Assembly (NCBI GenBank): GCA_018304605.1
Contig: JAGVVU010000034.1
Span: forward strand, 3,555 to 67,554
Direction of reading: 5' to 3'
Length of the DNA stretch: 64,000 nt
Source of the DNA: Candidatus Aenigmatarchaeota archaeon
GTDB taxonomy: Archaea > Aenigmatarchaeota > Aenigmatarchaeia > GW2011-AR5
This document shows positions 39,816 to 50,148 of the stretch, piece after piece (positions within the stretch are counted from its first letter, which is position 1; every line of letters starts with the position of its first letter). A program made the position numbers and the translations under genes. The notes under the pieces were generated by a model that was not told the origin of the DNA, made no database searches, and was given only the letters and a program-made list of their open reading frames with translations.

Positions 39816-40811
39816 TTATAATCTTGGTCCCTTTTGAAGCATATCAGCCAAAATTCTGTATCTGTTTTCTTTCCACGGTTTGTCCTCAGGGCCCCTGATA
39901 TAAGGCTGGACCCAGTGCCTTACAATTCCGGCTCTGGTATGATACCTGTGGAAAGCTCCCCTGACCCATTCCCTGTACTCCATTTTTGATTCTTCTTCTC
40001 TGTTCCTTTCTCTTGCTTCGCTTTGTCTTACATCAATCCAATAATACGGCTTTAGATTTGGCAAAGGCTTTTTGCCGTGTCTAATACGCCTCGCATTTAT
40101 TCCAGATAAGCCTCCGTTTTGCCTGTCTTCGCGCCTTACTGTAACATTATGCGCATTGATATAACTTATTGTATTAAGACAAAGGCCTGTCATCCCTGAA
40201 TAAAAATTCACGTTCATGGGAGGATTGGGTCTTGTTAACATATTGGTCTCAAACAGAGTCCCGTTGGCAAACTCTTCTGGCCTGAATACCAGATGTAACT
40301 TATCCGAGCCGCATATAACATTATCAGGCAAGTCAAATTCCTTCATTGTATCATAAAAAAACAGGAAAGAAAAGGTTTTTCCAGACATTTCAGCATGCTG
40401 AGCGATTGCCCACCTATAGAATGGGTCTGCATCGATTGATTTGCCAACCATCATGGCTGTTAATCTTGTTTTTTCCCCATGTATACGCTCTACTTCAAGC
40501 GGGTCCATTAATTCGAAAAACATAACAGGAAAAGGTAATCTTGTAGCTGTTTCATAATCTGTATATTCTGGTGGCATATGGTATAGATCGTCTACCACCG
40601 CTCCATTCAAGAGAAACAACTTGGACTTATCAAGCACCTGTAAAGTATGTCCTATTATATCCCTTTTGGTCGTTCGATATGCATTATTATCCATTACTTG
40701 CACTTTGCCATCTGCGTATGATGTCTGAATATCCGGTCTGTGAGGTTTCTGCAAGGCGGTTTTATATCTACTCACCAGATGATCAAAATACACCTGTCTT
40801 TGTTTTGTCAT
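39816..40811 (-). CDS. ORFan protein (331 aa, Arg/Trp-rich C-terminus) immediately downstream of the tRNA
   Basis: Long clean ORF with no recognisable motif. Ends 10 nt from the tRNA 3' end. Confidence 0.45.
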   Translation of the reverse strand: MTKQRQVYFDHLVSRYKTALQKPHRPDIQTSYADGKVQVMDNNAYRTTKRDIIGHTLQVLDKSKLFLLNGAVVDDLYHMPPEYTDYETATRLPFPVMFFELMDPLEVERIHGEKTRLTAMMVGKSIDADPFYRWAIAQHAEMSGKTFSFLFFYDTMKEFDLPDNVICGSDKLHLVFRPEEFANGTLFETNMLTRPNPPMNVNFYSGMTGLCLNTISYINAHNVTVRREDRQNGGLSGINARRIRHGKKPLPNLKPYYWIDVRQSEARERNREEESKMEYREWVRGAFHRYHTRAGIVRHWVQPYIRGPEDKPWKENRYRILADMLQKGPRL

Positions 40812-40974
40812 GTGAACCCTGTAAATAAAACGCTTATAAGCCTTTCTATCTTATATGTGCATGGAAGTATACTGCACCTTTTCTAAAAGAAAAGCTGCAC
40901 CAAAGAAATAATATTTCTTTTGGCTGCAAGCTACTTTTCTTCTAAAGAAAGGGAGCTTATGGAGGTAGAACATC

Positions 40975-42621
40975 ATGAACGGACAATATGGAGGACAGCC
41001 AATATTTATTCTGCCGGAAGGCACGCTCAGGACTACTGGGCGCGACGCGCAGTCGCAGAACATAGCTGCGGCAAAAGCAGTGGCAGACCAGGTACGCACC
41101 ACTCTTGGACCGAAAGGCATGGACAAGATGCTCGTGGACAGCATAGGCGACGTCACAATCACGAACGACGGCGCAACGATACTCAAGGAGATGGAGATAG
41201 AGCATCCTGCTGCAAAGATGATAGTTGAGGTTGCAAAGACCCAGGAAGACGAGGTCGGCGACGGCACAACGACTGCTGTAGTCCTTACTGGAGAACTATT
41301 GAAAAAGTCAGAACTGCTTCTTGAACAGGACATTCATCCTACTATGATAATACGCGGCTATCGTCTGGCTAAAAACAAGGCGCTTGAGATAGTCACGAAG
41401 CTCGGGGAAGATGTGACAATAAACGACACGGACATGCTTGAAAAGATAGCCATGACTGCCATGACAGGCAAGGGCAGCGAGGCTGCAAGAGAGCCGCTGG
41501 CAAAGCTGGCCGTCCAGGCTGTCAAAACTGTGGCGGAAATTCGCAATGGAAAATCGGTCATCGACAAGAGCGACGTCAAGATAGAGAAGAAACAGGGCGG
41601 ATCTATAGATGACACAGAACTCATCAGAGGCATAGTCATTGACAAGGAGATCGTTCATTCGAACATGCCAAAGCGTGTGCAGAACGCAAAAATCCTGTTG
41701 CTGGACGCGGCCTTGGAAGTGAAAGAAACAGAAACCAGCGCGGAAATCAGGATAACGGATCCGCACCAGCTCCAGGCATTCATAGAGCAGGAATCCAGGA
41801 TGCTCAAGGACATGGTCAAGAAGGTCGTGGACAGCGGCTGCAACGTTGTCTTCTGCCAGAAAGGGATTGATGATCTGGCACAGCACTATCTGGGCAAGAA
41901 TGGCATAGCTGCCGCAAGGCGAGTAAAGAAGAGCGATATAGAAAAGCTCGCAAAAGCCACCGGAGCCAACATAGTTTCGAGCATAGACGAGCTGACAAAA
42001 GAGGATATAGGCTTCGCAGGGCTCGTGGAGGAGCTGAAGATGGCAGGCGAAGAGATGATTTTCGTCCGCGACTGCAAGGACCCGAAGGCCGTTTCAATAC
42101 TGGTAAGAGGCGGAACTGAGCATGTCGTGGATGAGGCGCAGCGGGCCATGGACGATGCAGTTCTGGGCATAATAAGCGCAGTCGAAGTCGGCAAATTTGT
42201 CGCCGGCGGCGGGGCTGTTGAAATAGAGCTTGCAAGAAAATTGCGTGAATACTCGGATACAGTCGGCGGCAGGGAGCAGTTGGCTATCAATTCGTTTGCC
42301 GAGGCAATCGAGATAATCCCCCGCACCCTTGCGGAATCAACGGGAAAGGACGCAATTGACTTGCTTGTTAACCTAAGGACGATGCATGAAAAGGGAGAGA
42401 CGACTTTCGGCATCGACGTCATGAGAGGGGAGCTCGCAGACATGAAGGCTCTTGGCGTAATCGAGCCGCTGAAGATAAAGACACAAGCCATCAAGTCCGC
42501 CAGTGAAGCGACAGAAATGATCCTCCGCATAGACGACGTAATCAAGTCGAGGGCCCCGTCAGGCCCGCCGGGTGGAATGCCTCCGGGCGGAATGGGCGGC
42601 ATGGAAGATTATGGGGACTAG
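40975..42621 (+). CDS. ths: Thermosome (group II chaperonin) subunit
   Basis: [25 protein letters not shown]-terminal GGMPGGMGGM tail. Confidence 0.92.
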   Translation: MNGQYGGQPIFILPEGTLRTTGRDAQSQNIAAAKAVADQVRTTLGPKGMDKMLVDSIGDVTITNDGATILKEMEIEHPAAKMIVEVAKTQEDEVGDGTTTAVVLTGELLKKSELLLEQDIHPTMIIRGYRLAKNKALEIVTKLGEDVTINDTDMLEKIAMTAMTGKGSEAAREPLAKLAVQAVKTVAEIRNGKSVIDKSDVKIEKKQGGSIDDTELIRGIVIDKEIVHSNMPKRVQNAKILLLDAALEVKETETSAEIRITDPHQLQAFIEQESRMLKDMVKKVVDSGCNVVFCQKGIDDLAQHYLGKNGIAAARRVKKSDIEKLAKATGANIVSSIDELTKEDIGFAGLVEELKMAGEEMIFVRDCKDPKAVSILVRGGTEHVVDEAQRAMDDAVLGIISAVEVGKFVAGGGAVEIELARKLREYSDTVGGREQLAINSFAEAIEIIPRTLAESTGKDAIDLLVNLRTMHEKGETTFGIDVMRGELADMKALGVIEPLKIKTQAIKSASEATEMILRIDDVIKSRAPSGPPGGMPPGGMGGMEDYGD

Positions 42622-42767
42622 ATACCGAGGAAGGATACATGGTTAAGCTTGCGTTCATCTGCATAAAGCTTATCCTGGCAGATTTGAAAAACAAAGACCT
42701 GATAAGTTGATTTTTCTATTTTTGCTTATTCGAAACTTTTTATACCCCCTCTCCACATAAAGTAAAT

Positions 42768-43193
42768 ATGCCAATGGAAGAGGAAGAATACGAGCTTGTG
42801 CCGGTCGGTCCGCTCAGACGTATCGAGAAGCGCATGGAGAAGATAGAGAAGGGCGGAACAAGCAGCGAGATGGTCAAGGAGCTTATTGATGTAGTGAGGA
42901 CAAACCAAAAGATAATAGACGAGGTTGTCAAGATAAACAGTGAGATGATAAGCAAGGTTTCCGACCTGAACGCAAAAGTAAGCGAGCTCACAGAAAAGAT
43001 GAGCGACTTCCTGGAAAGGGTGGAAACAGGTAACGAGACTGAGAGCGTTGCTCCTGTTGAGCAAAAGAACCCGGAAACGGACCTGCGAATAGAGAAGCTG
43101 GAAAAGCGAATAAATTCGCTGCTCTTATCTACGATTAAGGCGAAGCAGCTGCGACCGCCGATGCCTGTCCAGAGAAGACCTCTGCCGGCGTAA
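42768..43193 (+). CDS. Coiled-coil protein at the head of the pilus/archaellum-like locus
   Basis: 141 aa, heptad-rich. Confidence 0.45.
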   Translation: MPMEEEEYELVPVGPLRRIEKRMEKIEKGGTSSEMVKELIDVVRTNQKIIDEVVKINSEMISKVSDLNAKVSELTEKMSDFLERVETGNETESVAPVEQKNPETDLRIEKLEKRINSLLLSTIKAKQLRPPMPVQRRPLPA

Positions 43194-43265
43194 GCAAACT
43201 CCAAACATTTTCTTGCGGTTTTTTCACATATTACGTTTAAATTACCCTTTCACCAAATAGTTTCT

Positions 43266-43868
43266 ATGAGATTCAGCAAGGGTCAGCAGGAGGCGTTATC
43301 TGCCGTACTGATTTCGGGCATACTCATCGGCGTAGTCGGCTCTGTCTATTTCTGGGGCGTGCCGCTGATACAGAAGAACAAAGACATCTCGCTGCTTGAA
43401 ACCTCAGAAAGTTTCATGAGGCAGCTTGACGAGAAGATCAGGTCAGTGGCAAACAATGGCGGCAGGGACCAGATAGTCATCCCAGTCCCTGGAATATTAA
43501 GCTTTGACGGGGCGGAAGTGAAGCTGACAATAGAGACACAGGGGACGATATATGCAACGGACGCGGAGATTCCGCTGGGCAGGAACACCCTGGAGCAGAG
43601 CGGCGGGGGAACATGGGGTATCGACGACCCAGTCATCTTCAACGTGAAAAGCGTAAAGATGGGGGAGAACAACTACAGGAACGAATACACGCTCATCTAT
43701 ATTGAGTTGAGGAACGAGGACTCATTGAGGGACTTCAAGATCGGGCTTACGGGTCCCAGCACCTCAGGCGGCCAGGACAATACGATAATAATGGAGAGCC
43801 AGGGAGACACGACAGCCGAATCTGCAAGGACCTTAATAACTAGCAACGTGAAAATTTCCGTCATATAG
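43266..43868 (+). CDS. Pilin-like protein with class III (type IV prepilin-like) signal peptide
   Basis: MRFSKGQ|QEALSAVLISGILIGVVGSVYF N-terminus. Confidence 0.5.
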   Translation: MRFSKGQQEALSAVLISGILIGVVGSVYFWGVPLIQKNKDISLLETSESFMRQLDEKIRSVANNGGRDQIVIPVPGILSFDGAEVKLTIETQGTIYATDAEIPLGRNTLEQSGGGTWGIDDPVIFNVKSVKMGENNYRNEYTLIYIELRNEDSLRDFKIGLTGPSTSGGQDNTIIMESQGDTTAESARTLITSNVKISVI

Positions 43869-44089
43869 AACAAATTATATTTCTGGCTCGCCGCCCGCTT
43901 TTCTTTAATCCAAAAATCTAGCTTCTTAGAAATGCTCAATGAAAACCAGCAGGGAGGGTATTGTGCTTTCACAATACCCTCTAGTTACTAACCCTATTGT
44001 GGATACACAATAGGGTTCCTGCTGGTTTTCTCATAGGCTTTCTAAGAAGCTAAAAATCTTAATATCCCGCCATGAAGAAACAATGAAAT

Positions 44090-44530
44090 ATGAAGGGACA
44101 GTACAGGATAATAAGCGAGATCATACTTTTCGGCGTCGGAATCCTCATCACCAGCTATGTCATAATAAATTTCAACAACCTGCAAAGCGCCGTGAAGGAA
44201 ATAACCCTGGACGACCAGATGAACAGCGTCGCGGATGTCGTGTCCGCGGCTGTGATCAAGGTCGCAAGCGCCGACAACGCATCAATAAGGCTTGTCATAC
44301 CCGACAAGATATCAGACAGCATCTACAGGATCGCAATAAGGGACGCCGACGGCGGCAAGCTCGTCATAAGCAAGCTTGACGGAACAGCATCCGTCGAGAG
44401 AAAACTCTTTAATATAAACTACGACAATACAATTAGCAGCAACAACGTAATCAACAACAGCGAAGTAGTGAGCAGCGCCCAGTTCATAGAGATTGTCAAG
44501 AACGAGAAGATTACGATTCTAAGGCGGTAG
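44090..44530 (+). CDS. Pilin/FlaG-FlaF-like protein with class III signal peptide
   Basis: MKGQ|YRIISEIILFGVGILITSYVI N-terminus. Confidence 0.5.
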   Translation: MKGQYRIISEIILFGVGILITSYVIINFNNLQSAVKEITLDDQMNSVADVVSAAVIKVASADNASIRLVIPDKISDSIYRIAIRDADGGKLVISKLDGTASVERKLFNINYDNTISSNNVINNSEVVSSAQFIEIVKNEKITILRR

Positions 44531-44532
44531 TC

Positions 44533-46251
44533 ATGGAGAAAAAACTTTTTTTCAAGGTAAAGGGCGGCCGGGGCTTTGCCGTGAAGCCAAGACAGGAGGA
44601 GGCCGTAAAGACGGGGCTTATCGAGTCATCAGCTGCCTTGGTGCCTGCCGCACCTATTCAGATGCAATCATTTCATCAGTTTTCGCCCCGCGTGTACTCC
44701 GTTGAAGGTGTGGCAGTGCCGGACATAAAAAGCGAGAAGATACCAGTAATAGATACGGAAGAGATTCAGCGCACCAACATAAAATATCCGCTTATACCAT
44801 CGAATCCCGCGAAAGGCGAGAGGATTTTTGCCTACGCACACATATACTTCGACAGGCGCTCGGGCGAGCTTGTCTATGACGTGATCGAGCCGCCTGTATC
44901 AGACCAGCAGCTGCTCAATTCCATAAAGGAATACATAGAGGAGAAGCTGGACATCAACTTCAGCCAGATCAGGAAGGGCGACGCAATAAGCTATCTTAAT
45001 GTCGTCTTCTCGAAAGCATTGTCGTACTTTAATACAAAGCTTGACAAGGAAGCAACTGATATACTGAGATATTACGTTGTGCGGGATTTCATAGGGTTGG
45101 AGAAGATAGAGCCGCTCATGCAGGATAAGTACATAGAGGACATCTCATGCGACGGAGCGAACATACCCATCTTCGTTTACCACAGGCTCCCGCAATTCGG
45201 ATCTGTAAAAACATCCATAACGTTCAACAACAGAGATTTGCTGGACTCTTTCGTGAACAAGCTCTCCGAGCGGTGTGGGCGGACGATATCCGTGGCAAAA
45301 CCTCTTCTTGATGGAACTCTGCCAAACGGTTCGAGGCTGCAGGCCACATTGGGCAGTGACATTGCCCGCAACGGGTCCAACTTCACCATCAGAATGTTCT
45401 CAGACAAGCCCATGACGCCTGTGGACCTGATAAAATCAGGAACATGCGACCTCAAAATGATGGCATATTTCTGGCTCCTGATAGAGCACGGATCGTCTGT
45501 TTTGATATCCGGCGGCACGGCTTCCGGCAAGACATCATTGCTGAATGTGCTCTCGCTTTTCATAAAACCTCAGATGAAGATCATAAGCATCGAGGATACC
45601 TCTGAGATAAGGCTTCCGCACATGCACTGGGTGCCGGAAGTCGCAAGAACTCCCATATCCGAGGAGGGCAAGGTGGATATGTTTGAGCTGCTGAGAGAGT
45701 CGCTAAGGCAGCGCCCTGACTACATAATAGTGGGGGAAGTAAGGGGCAAGGAAGCGTACGTGTTGTTCCAGCAAATGGCTGTCGGTCATCCGGGTCTTTC
45801 GACCATACACGCCGAGAACTTCTCAAAGCTCTTCGACAGGATGACCTCGCCGCCCATCAGCCTCCCTCCAAATCTCATGGAAAACCTCGACCTGATACTT
45901 TTCATGAAGCGCGTCAAGCAGGGAAGAAAATACAACAGGCGAATTTTTTCTGCCGTAGAGGTCGCCGGTTTCGACAGCGATGCAAAAATGCCGATAACCA
46001 ACGAGGTGTTCGGATGGGATGCCAAGAGCGACGAATTCAAGACGCTGAAAAAGAGCTCGCTCCTCAAGAAGATATCTGACATGACAGGTCTGACGGACGA
46101 ACAGATAGCAAAAGAACTGGAGCGGAGGGCTAAGGTGATAAAATGGCTCGTCAGCAAGGACATAACCGACTACAGGAAGATAGCCTCCGTCATCAGCATG
46201 TTTTATCTTTCTCCTGATTTTCTCATGGGCCGGATTGAGGGAGAAGTATAG
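44533..46251 (+). CDS. flaI: FlaI/ArlI-like secretion ATPase (VirB11/PilB superfamily)
   Basis: Walker A GGTASGKTS. Asp box. His box. 572 aa with FlaI-type N-terminal domain. Confidence 0.85.
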   Translation: MEKKLFFKVKGGRGFAVKPRQEEAVKTGLIESSAALVPAAPIQMQSFHQFSPRVYSVEGVAVPDIKSEKIPVIDTEEIQRTNIKYPLIPSNPAKGERIFAYAHIYFDRRSGELVYDVIEPPVSDQQLLNSIKEYIEEKLDINFSQIRKGDAISYLNVVFSKALSYFNTKLDKEATDILRYYVVRDFIGLEKIEPLMQDKYIEDISCDGANIPIFVYHRLPQFGSVKTSITFNNRDLLDSFVNKLSERCGRTISVAKPLLDGTLPNGSRLQATLGSDIARNGSNFTIRMFSDKPMTPVDLIKSGTCDLKMMAYFWLLIEHGSSVLISGGTASGKTSLLNVLSLFIKPQMKIISIEDTSEIRLPHMHWVPEVARTPISEEGKVDMFELLRESLRQRPDYIIVGEVRGKEAYVLFQQMAVGHPGLSTIHAENFSKLFDRMTSPPISLPPNLMENLDLILFMKRVKQGRKYNRRIFSAVEVAGFDSDAKMPITNEVFGWDAKSDEFKTLKKSSLLKKISDMTGLTDEQIAKELERRAKVIKWLVSKDITDYRKIASVISMFYLSPDFLMGRIEGEV

Positions 46252-46431
46252 AAGACACGAATTTTTGCGGATTCACTCCCAATGACATCTGATGTGCGTG
46301 CCGTTCCGCCTTGTGAATCTTCAATTCTTGCCTGTATTCTCGCATCTGCGGTCTTTAGACCGCAGCATTCAATGCATTATAGGATAAAACCTTAATATTC
46401 CCCCGTGCGCAAATCATTATTGGTGCTGTAA

Positions 46432-47267
46432 ATGAGCTATGCTGAAGTATCCTACAGGCTTTTCGGCGGTCTGGTAAAATACGCCAAGCCTTATTTTCTG
46501 GACATAAAGGAAGAGCTTCGCCAGGCCAACATCAGCTACACGCTCGAGGAATATCTTTCGATAGCGCTCCTCACGACCGCAGTCACGTTCATCATGGAGG
46601 CGATGATGCTCTCGTTCATATTCGGCCTTCTTGTCTCCCCGATAATAGCCGTAATACTGGCATTGACGCTTTCGATGACGATATCAGGCATACTGTTCTT
46701 CCTGTTCTACTCGTACCCGACAACCGCCTCGAAAAGCAGGGGGACCAAGATAAAGAAGATACTGCCATTCTCCGTTTCCTATATGGCGACGATAGCGAAG
46801 TCGAATGTCCCTCCCATAACCATATTCAAGACACTGAGCGAGTTCAAGGAGTATGGCGCATAGTGAGGGATGTGGAGTTGTTCGGCATGACAACTTCGGC
46901 AGCCATAAAGAAGCAGGCAAAGATAACACCGTCGAAAGAATTCAGGGATCTCCTCTTCGGCATAAATACAATGATAACAAGCGGCGGCAACCTCGGGTCG
47001 TATCTCAAGGACAGAAGCAATGAGCTGATGGGTGACTACAGAAGAAGGATAAGAAAATACTCTCAGGACCTCTCGCTTTATGTCGAAATGTACCTAACAC
47101 TCATAATAACAGGCTCGATATTCTTCATAGTCCTCTCATCCATCATATCGACCATCTCCGCCGGTCTGGGCACGATCCTTGTCCAGACGTTCGTTGTATT
47201 CATCCTCCTGCCGCTGCTTTCCATAGGCTTCATAATACTCATCCGTGCCACGTCCCCGACAGGCTAG
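46432..47267 (+). CDS. flaJ: FlaJ/TadC-like membrane protein, N-terminal domain, interrupted by TAG and a frame change at 46861-46865
   Basis: Two ORFs (46432-46863 and 46863-47267, the second with a GTG start overlapping the TAG) together form one TadC-like polytopic domain. Confidence 0.55.
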
Positions 47268-47342
47268 CATCACGCATAAATTACCCGGCTGAATTGTGTT
47301 TTTAATCCCAGCGCCCAATTATAATGATATGCTCTGATATAA

Positions 47343-47437
47343 CCCACATCTAAAGATGTGGATTTCTATGAGCATAGCATCCAGAATGCATTGAGTTTCA
47401 TCACACGACTAAAGTCGTGTGTTTTCAATGCATTCTC
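47343..47437. repeat. Structured repeat element, copy C (divergent): hairpin cccacatctaaagatgtgg, then 11-bp outer stem gaatgcattga/tcaatgcattc enclosing the inner hairpin cacacgactaaagtcgtgtg
   Basis: Same architecture and conserved GAATGC/GCATTC and CTAAAG loop as copies A and B. Sits between the FlaJ N-domain and C-domain genes. Confidence 0.7.
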
Positions 47438-47463
47438 GGATAATAAGCGGGGTCGTCCAAAGC

Positions 47464-48429
47464 ATGAAAAAAAGCTACAGAACAAAGGAGTCTAGGATCG
47501 GCAAAGAGCGCAAAATCCTGATAGTTTCTGTCGTCATTTTTCTGACGCTTGTTTCAGTCTCTGTCTATATAGGCAGCATTGCTCTGATCGCCAATATGCT
47601 CTTCCTTGGGATGCTCATAATAATCGTGCCATACAGCCTGTACAAATTCTTCCGCCTCAAAAAAATCAGGTCCTATGAGAATGACTTTCCTAATTTCCTG
47701 AGAGACATATCAGAAAGCCTGCGCGCGGGGCTTTCACTCATACAGGCGATACAGGCCACATCGAAATCCGACTACGGCGCGCTCACTGGTGAAATCAAAA
47801 AGATGAATAATCAGCTCAGCTGGAATATCACGCTGGATCGCGTGCTCAAAAATTTCGGGACCCGAATCCCAGACAGCAGGATAATAACCAGATCACTCAT
47901 GATAATAGACCAGGCAAACAAGTCTGGCGGCAATATAGAAGACACGATGGATTCCCTTGCAAATCACATAGAGTCGATAAAGGAGGCGCAGCAGGAAAAA
48001 TCCGTCCTGCTGAACCAGCAAGTCCTCATGATGTACGCAATCTTCTTCATTTTTGTCGGCATAACGATTGCTCTCATCAAGTTCCTCATTCCACTCCTGC
48101 AAACACAGTCCCAGACGGGTGGATTCGGCGTGCAGGGCTTCAATCCCAATCCCTGCTCGCTGTGCGGGAATAATCCGGACCTCGCCTGCATGGGTTGCAA
48201 CACGTTCTCAACAATCTCACAGGCTTTCGAGCTTGGCGATCCAAGAGAGGCATCTTCATACTACAAGTCGCTGTTCCTGGCGATGATACTGATACAAGGC
48301 TTCTTTTCAGGACTAATAGCGGGCCAGATAGGCTCCGATTCAATAGCCGTGGGAATCAAACACAGCCTGATAATGCTCCTGAGCGGCTTCATAATTTTCA
48401 TACTTCTGATAAAAACAGGAATAATATGA
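47464..48429 (+). CDS. flaJ: FlaJ/TadC-like membrane protein, C-terminal domain
   Basis: FPNFLRDISESLRAGLSLIQAIQA (TadC signature). Multiple TM helices. Start moved to the ATG at 47464 (RBS GGGG) out of the repeat hairpin. Confidence 0.7.
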   Translation: MKKSYRTKESRIGKERKILIVSVVIFLTLVSVSVYIGSIALIANMLFLGMLIIIVPYSLYKFFRLKKIRSYENDFPNFLRDISESLRAGLSLIQAIQATSKSDYGALTGEIKKMNNQLSWNITLDRVLKNFGTRIPDSRIITRSLMIIDQANKSGGNIEDTMDSLANHIESIKEAQQEKSVLLNQQVLMMYAIFFIFVGITIALIKFLIPLLQTQSQTGGFGVQGFNPNPCSLCGNNPDLACMGCNTFSTISQAFELGDPREASSYYKSLFLAMILIQGFFSGLIAGQIGSDSIAVGIKHSLIMLLSGFIIFILLIKTGII

Positions 48430-48551
48430 CTCTATAACGGAAAAGATGCTTGTTGCGCTCAAGAGATGACAAAAACGGAGAATACCGAGGACGACGCCTC
48501 CTGCGTCGGTCTCCTTTGCGTCTTTTCAACTTGGAAAGAAAGGGGTTTATA

Positions 48552-49067
48552 ATGAAGGGAATTGCCGAACTTGAATTTATCATCTCAGTTTTCGTCTTCA
48601 TAACTACGATATCTTTCGTGACCTTTCTCATAATAAACAACATACCCATACTTCACAGCGCCTCGGTCTCGGACGGCCTGAAATCCAGAAGCTATCAATA
48701 TTCTGAGCTGCTCCTGTTCGACGAGGGCGCGCCGATGAACTGGGAAAATGACCCGCAAAGCGCGGACCGCATCGGCTTGTCTAATGGCAGAAGATATTTT
48801 GCTGACAAAGACAAGATTGATGCGCTCGCAAGCCTCTGCTTCGATTACCAGCTTGCCAAGGAAAAGCTTGCCCTGCAAAAAGAGGATATAGTCATAGAGG
48901 TGTCTTATCTGGATGGAGCGGCAGTGAGCGGGTCCTCGGCAGCAATATGCAAGCCACCTGTCACCACGCAATTGAGGTCGCAGTTCCAGATCACAAGGTT
49001 CGGCGTTCTTCCGCTGCCGGCAGGCACATATGTTGTGAAGATCAAGGTAACAATCATAGGCGACTAA
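48552..49067 (+). CDS. Pilin-like protein with class III signal peptide
   Basis: MKG|IAELEFIISVFVFITTISFV. RBS GGGG upstream. Confidence 0.5.
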   Translation: MKGIAELEFIISVFVFITTISFVTFLIINNIPILHSASVSDGLKSRSYQYSELLLFDEGAPMNWENDPQSADRIGLSNGRRYFADKDKIDALASLCFDYQLAKEKLALQKEDIVIEVSYLDGAAVSGSSAAICKPPVTTQLRSQFQITRFGVLPLPAGTYVVKIKVTIIGD

Positions 49068-49089
49068 AGCAGAAAGAGAGGAATCTGTA

Positions 49090-50133
49090 ATGAAAGGGTT
49101 CGCAAAAATTTTTGAGGCAATAGTTGCATCGATTGTTCTCTTAGCGTCGCTGACATTTTTCTTCACACCTAATGTTCAGAGGTCTGGATGGGACAGAGCC
49201 TCGCTGCAGATCCTTGTAGAAGACGCGCTGGAAAGCGCCTACTTGAACGGGACCCTTGAACGTTATGTCAAGACCGACAACACCACTCAGCTGAATATGT
49301 TATTTTCTGCTATGTTACCGAAGACCGTTGACTTTTCGATAGAGGTCAGTGGCATCCCTGGCAAAACAATTAACATAGTGTGTGTCGACTGTAATCAGGC
49401 TAACATGGATGACCTTTCTGCAATACTCGACCCGAGAGATTTCAGCTACAAGATGAAGAACACGAGCATACGTATCGAGCCGCTCGTTCTGGCAACGCAA
49501 AACATACCGGAAAGCACAAACATGCTCTTCTTTTTCGACAAAACAAAAATATCAGCATACCAAACAAAAATAAACGATTTCCTTAATGCCAGTGGAGGCG
49601 TGTTCCTTTTTGCAAATTTAGATGCTGGCGACGTCGGGAATACTTCTGTAGGCAACACGTTCGGCCTTGTGTGGGGTGATATCACAAACCTGCCCGGAAG
49701 ATTTGGCAACGTATACGATGCAAGCTTGCCAGGGCATTTTGTCGCAAGATATTATGCAAATATATCAACCAGGCACCTTCAGGACGTACAGAGCGAAACA
49801 TTCACAGCATTCTTGCCAACAGGTATAAGTGGCCAGAATGACCAGAGGAACGTCGTCAGGACTGATAATGACAGGGCATACGTTCGGACGAATGAGGTTG
49901 GACAGGGCAGGACCGTATGGTTCCAGGATTATGCAAGGTCTGACCATGACAACCAATTTACAAAACAGATTGACAATCTTACAAAAGCATCGATAATGTG
50001 GGCTAGCGGAGAGCGTTCAAAGCTTGACATGATCAAAAAGACACCGGCTCCAGTGAATTTCAAGTCGAGCATATTCGTGTACGACGGGGACAACTACATA
50101 ATCGAACTGACCATATGGAGGATATTTTTCTGA
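49090..50133 (+). CDS. Large pilin-like/adhesin protein with class III signal peptide
   Basis: MKG|FAKIFEAIVASIVLLASL. 347 aa, N-glyco-sequon-rich. Confidence 0.5.
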   Translation: MKGFAKIFEAIVASIVLLASLTFFFTPNVQRSGWDRASLQILVEDALESAYLNGTLERYVKTDNTTQLNMLFSAMLPKTVDFSIEVSGIPGKTINIVCVDCNQANMDDLSAILDPRDFSYKMKNTSIRIEPLVLATQNIPESTNMLFFFDKTKISAYQTKINDFLNASGGVFLFANLDAGDVGNTSVGNTFGLVWGDITNLPGRFGNVYDASLPGHFVARYYANISTRHLQDVQSETFTAFLPTGISGQNDQRNVVRTDNDRAYVRTNEVGQGRTVWFQDYARSDHDNQFTKQIDNLTKASIMWASGERSKLDMIKKTPAPVNFKSSIFVYDGDNYIIELTIWRIFF

Positions 50134-50148
50134 ATATTTCTGATAAAT

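Noticed and set aside
40851-41333. 160-aa minus-strand ORF
   Set aside because: Overlaps the thermosome N-terminus in antisense, with Ser/Val-rich composition.
41816-42602. ORFs 41886-42602 and 41816-42235 on the minus strand
   Set aside because: Antisense to the thermosome gene. Ser/Ala/Pro low-complexity sequence.
47419-47463. GTG start of the FlaJ C-domain ORF at 47419
   Set aside because: It falls inside the inner hairpin of repeat copy C. The downstream ATG at 47464 with GGGG RBS is the more plausible start.
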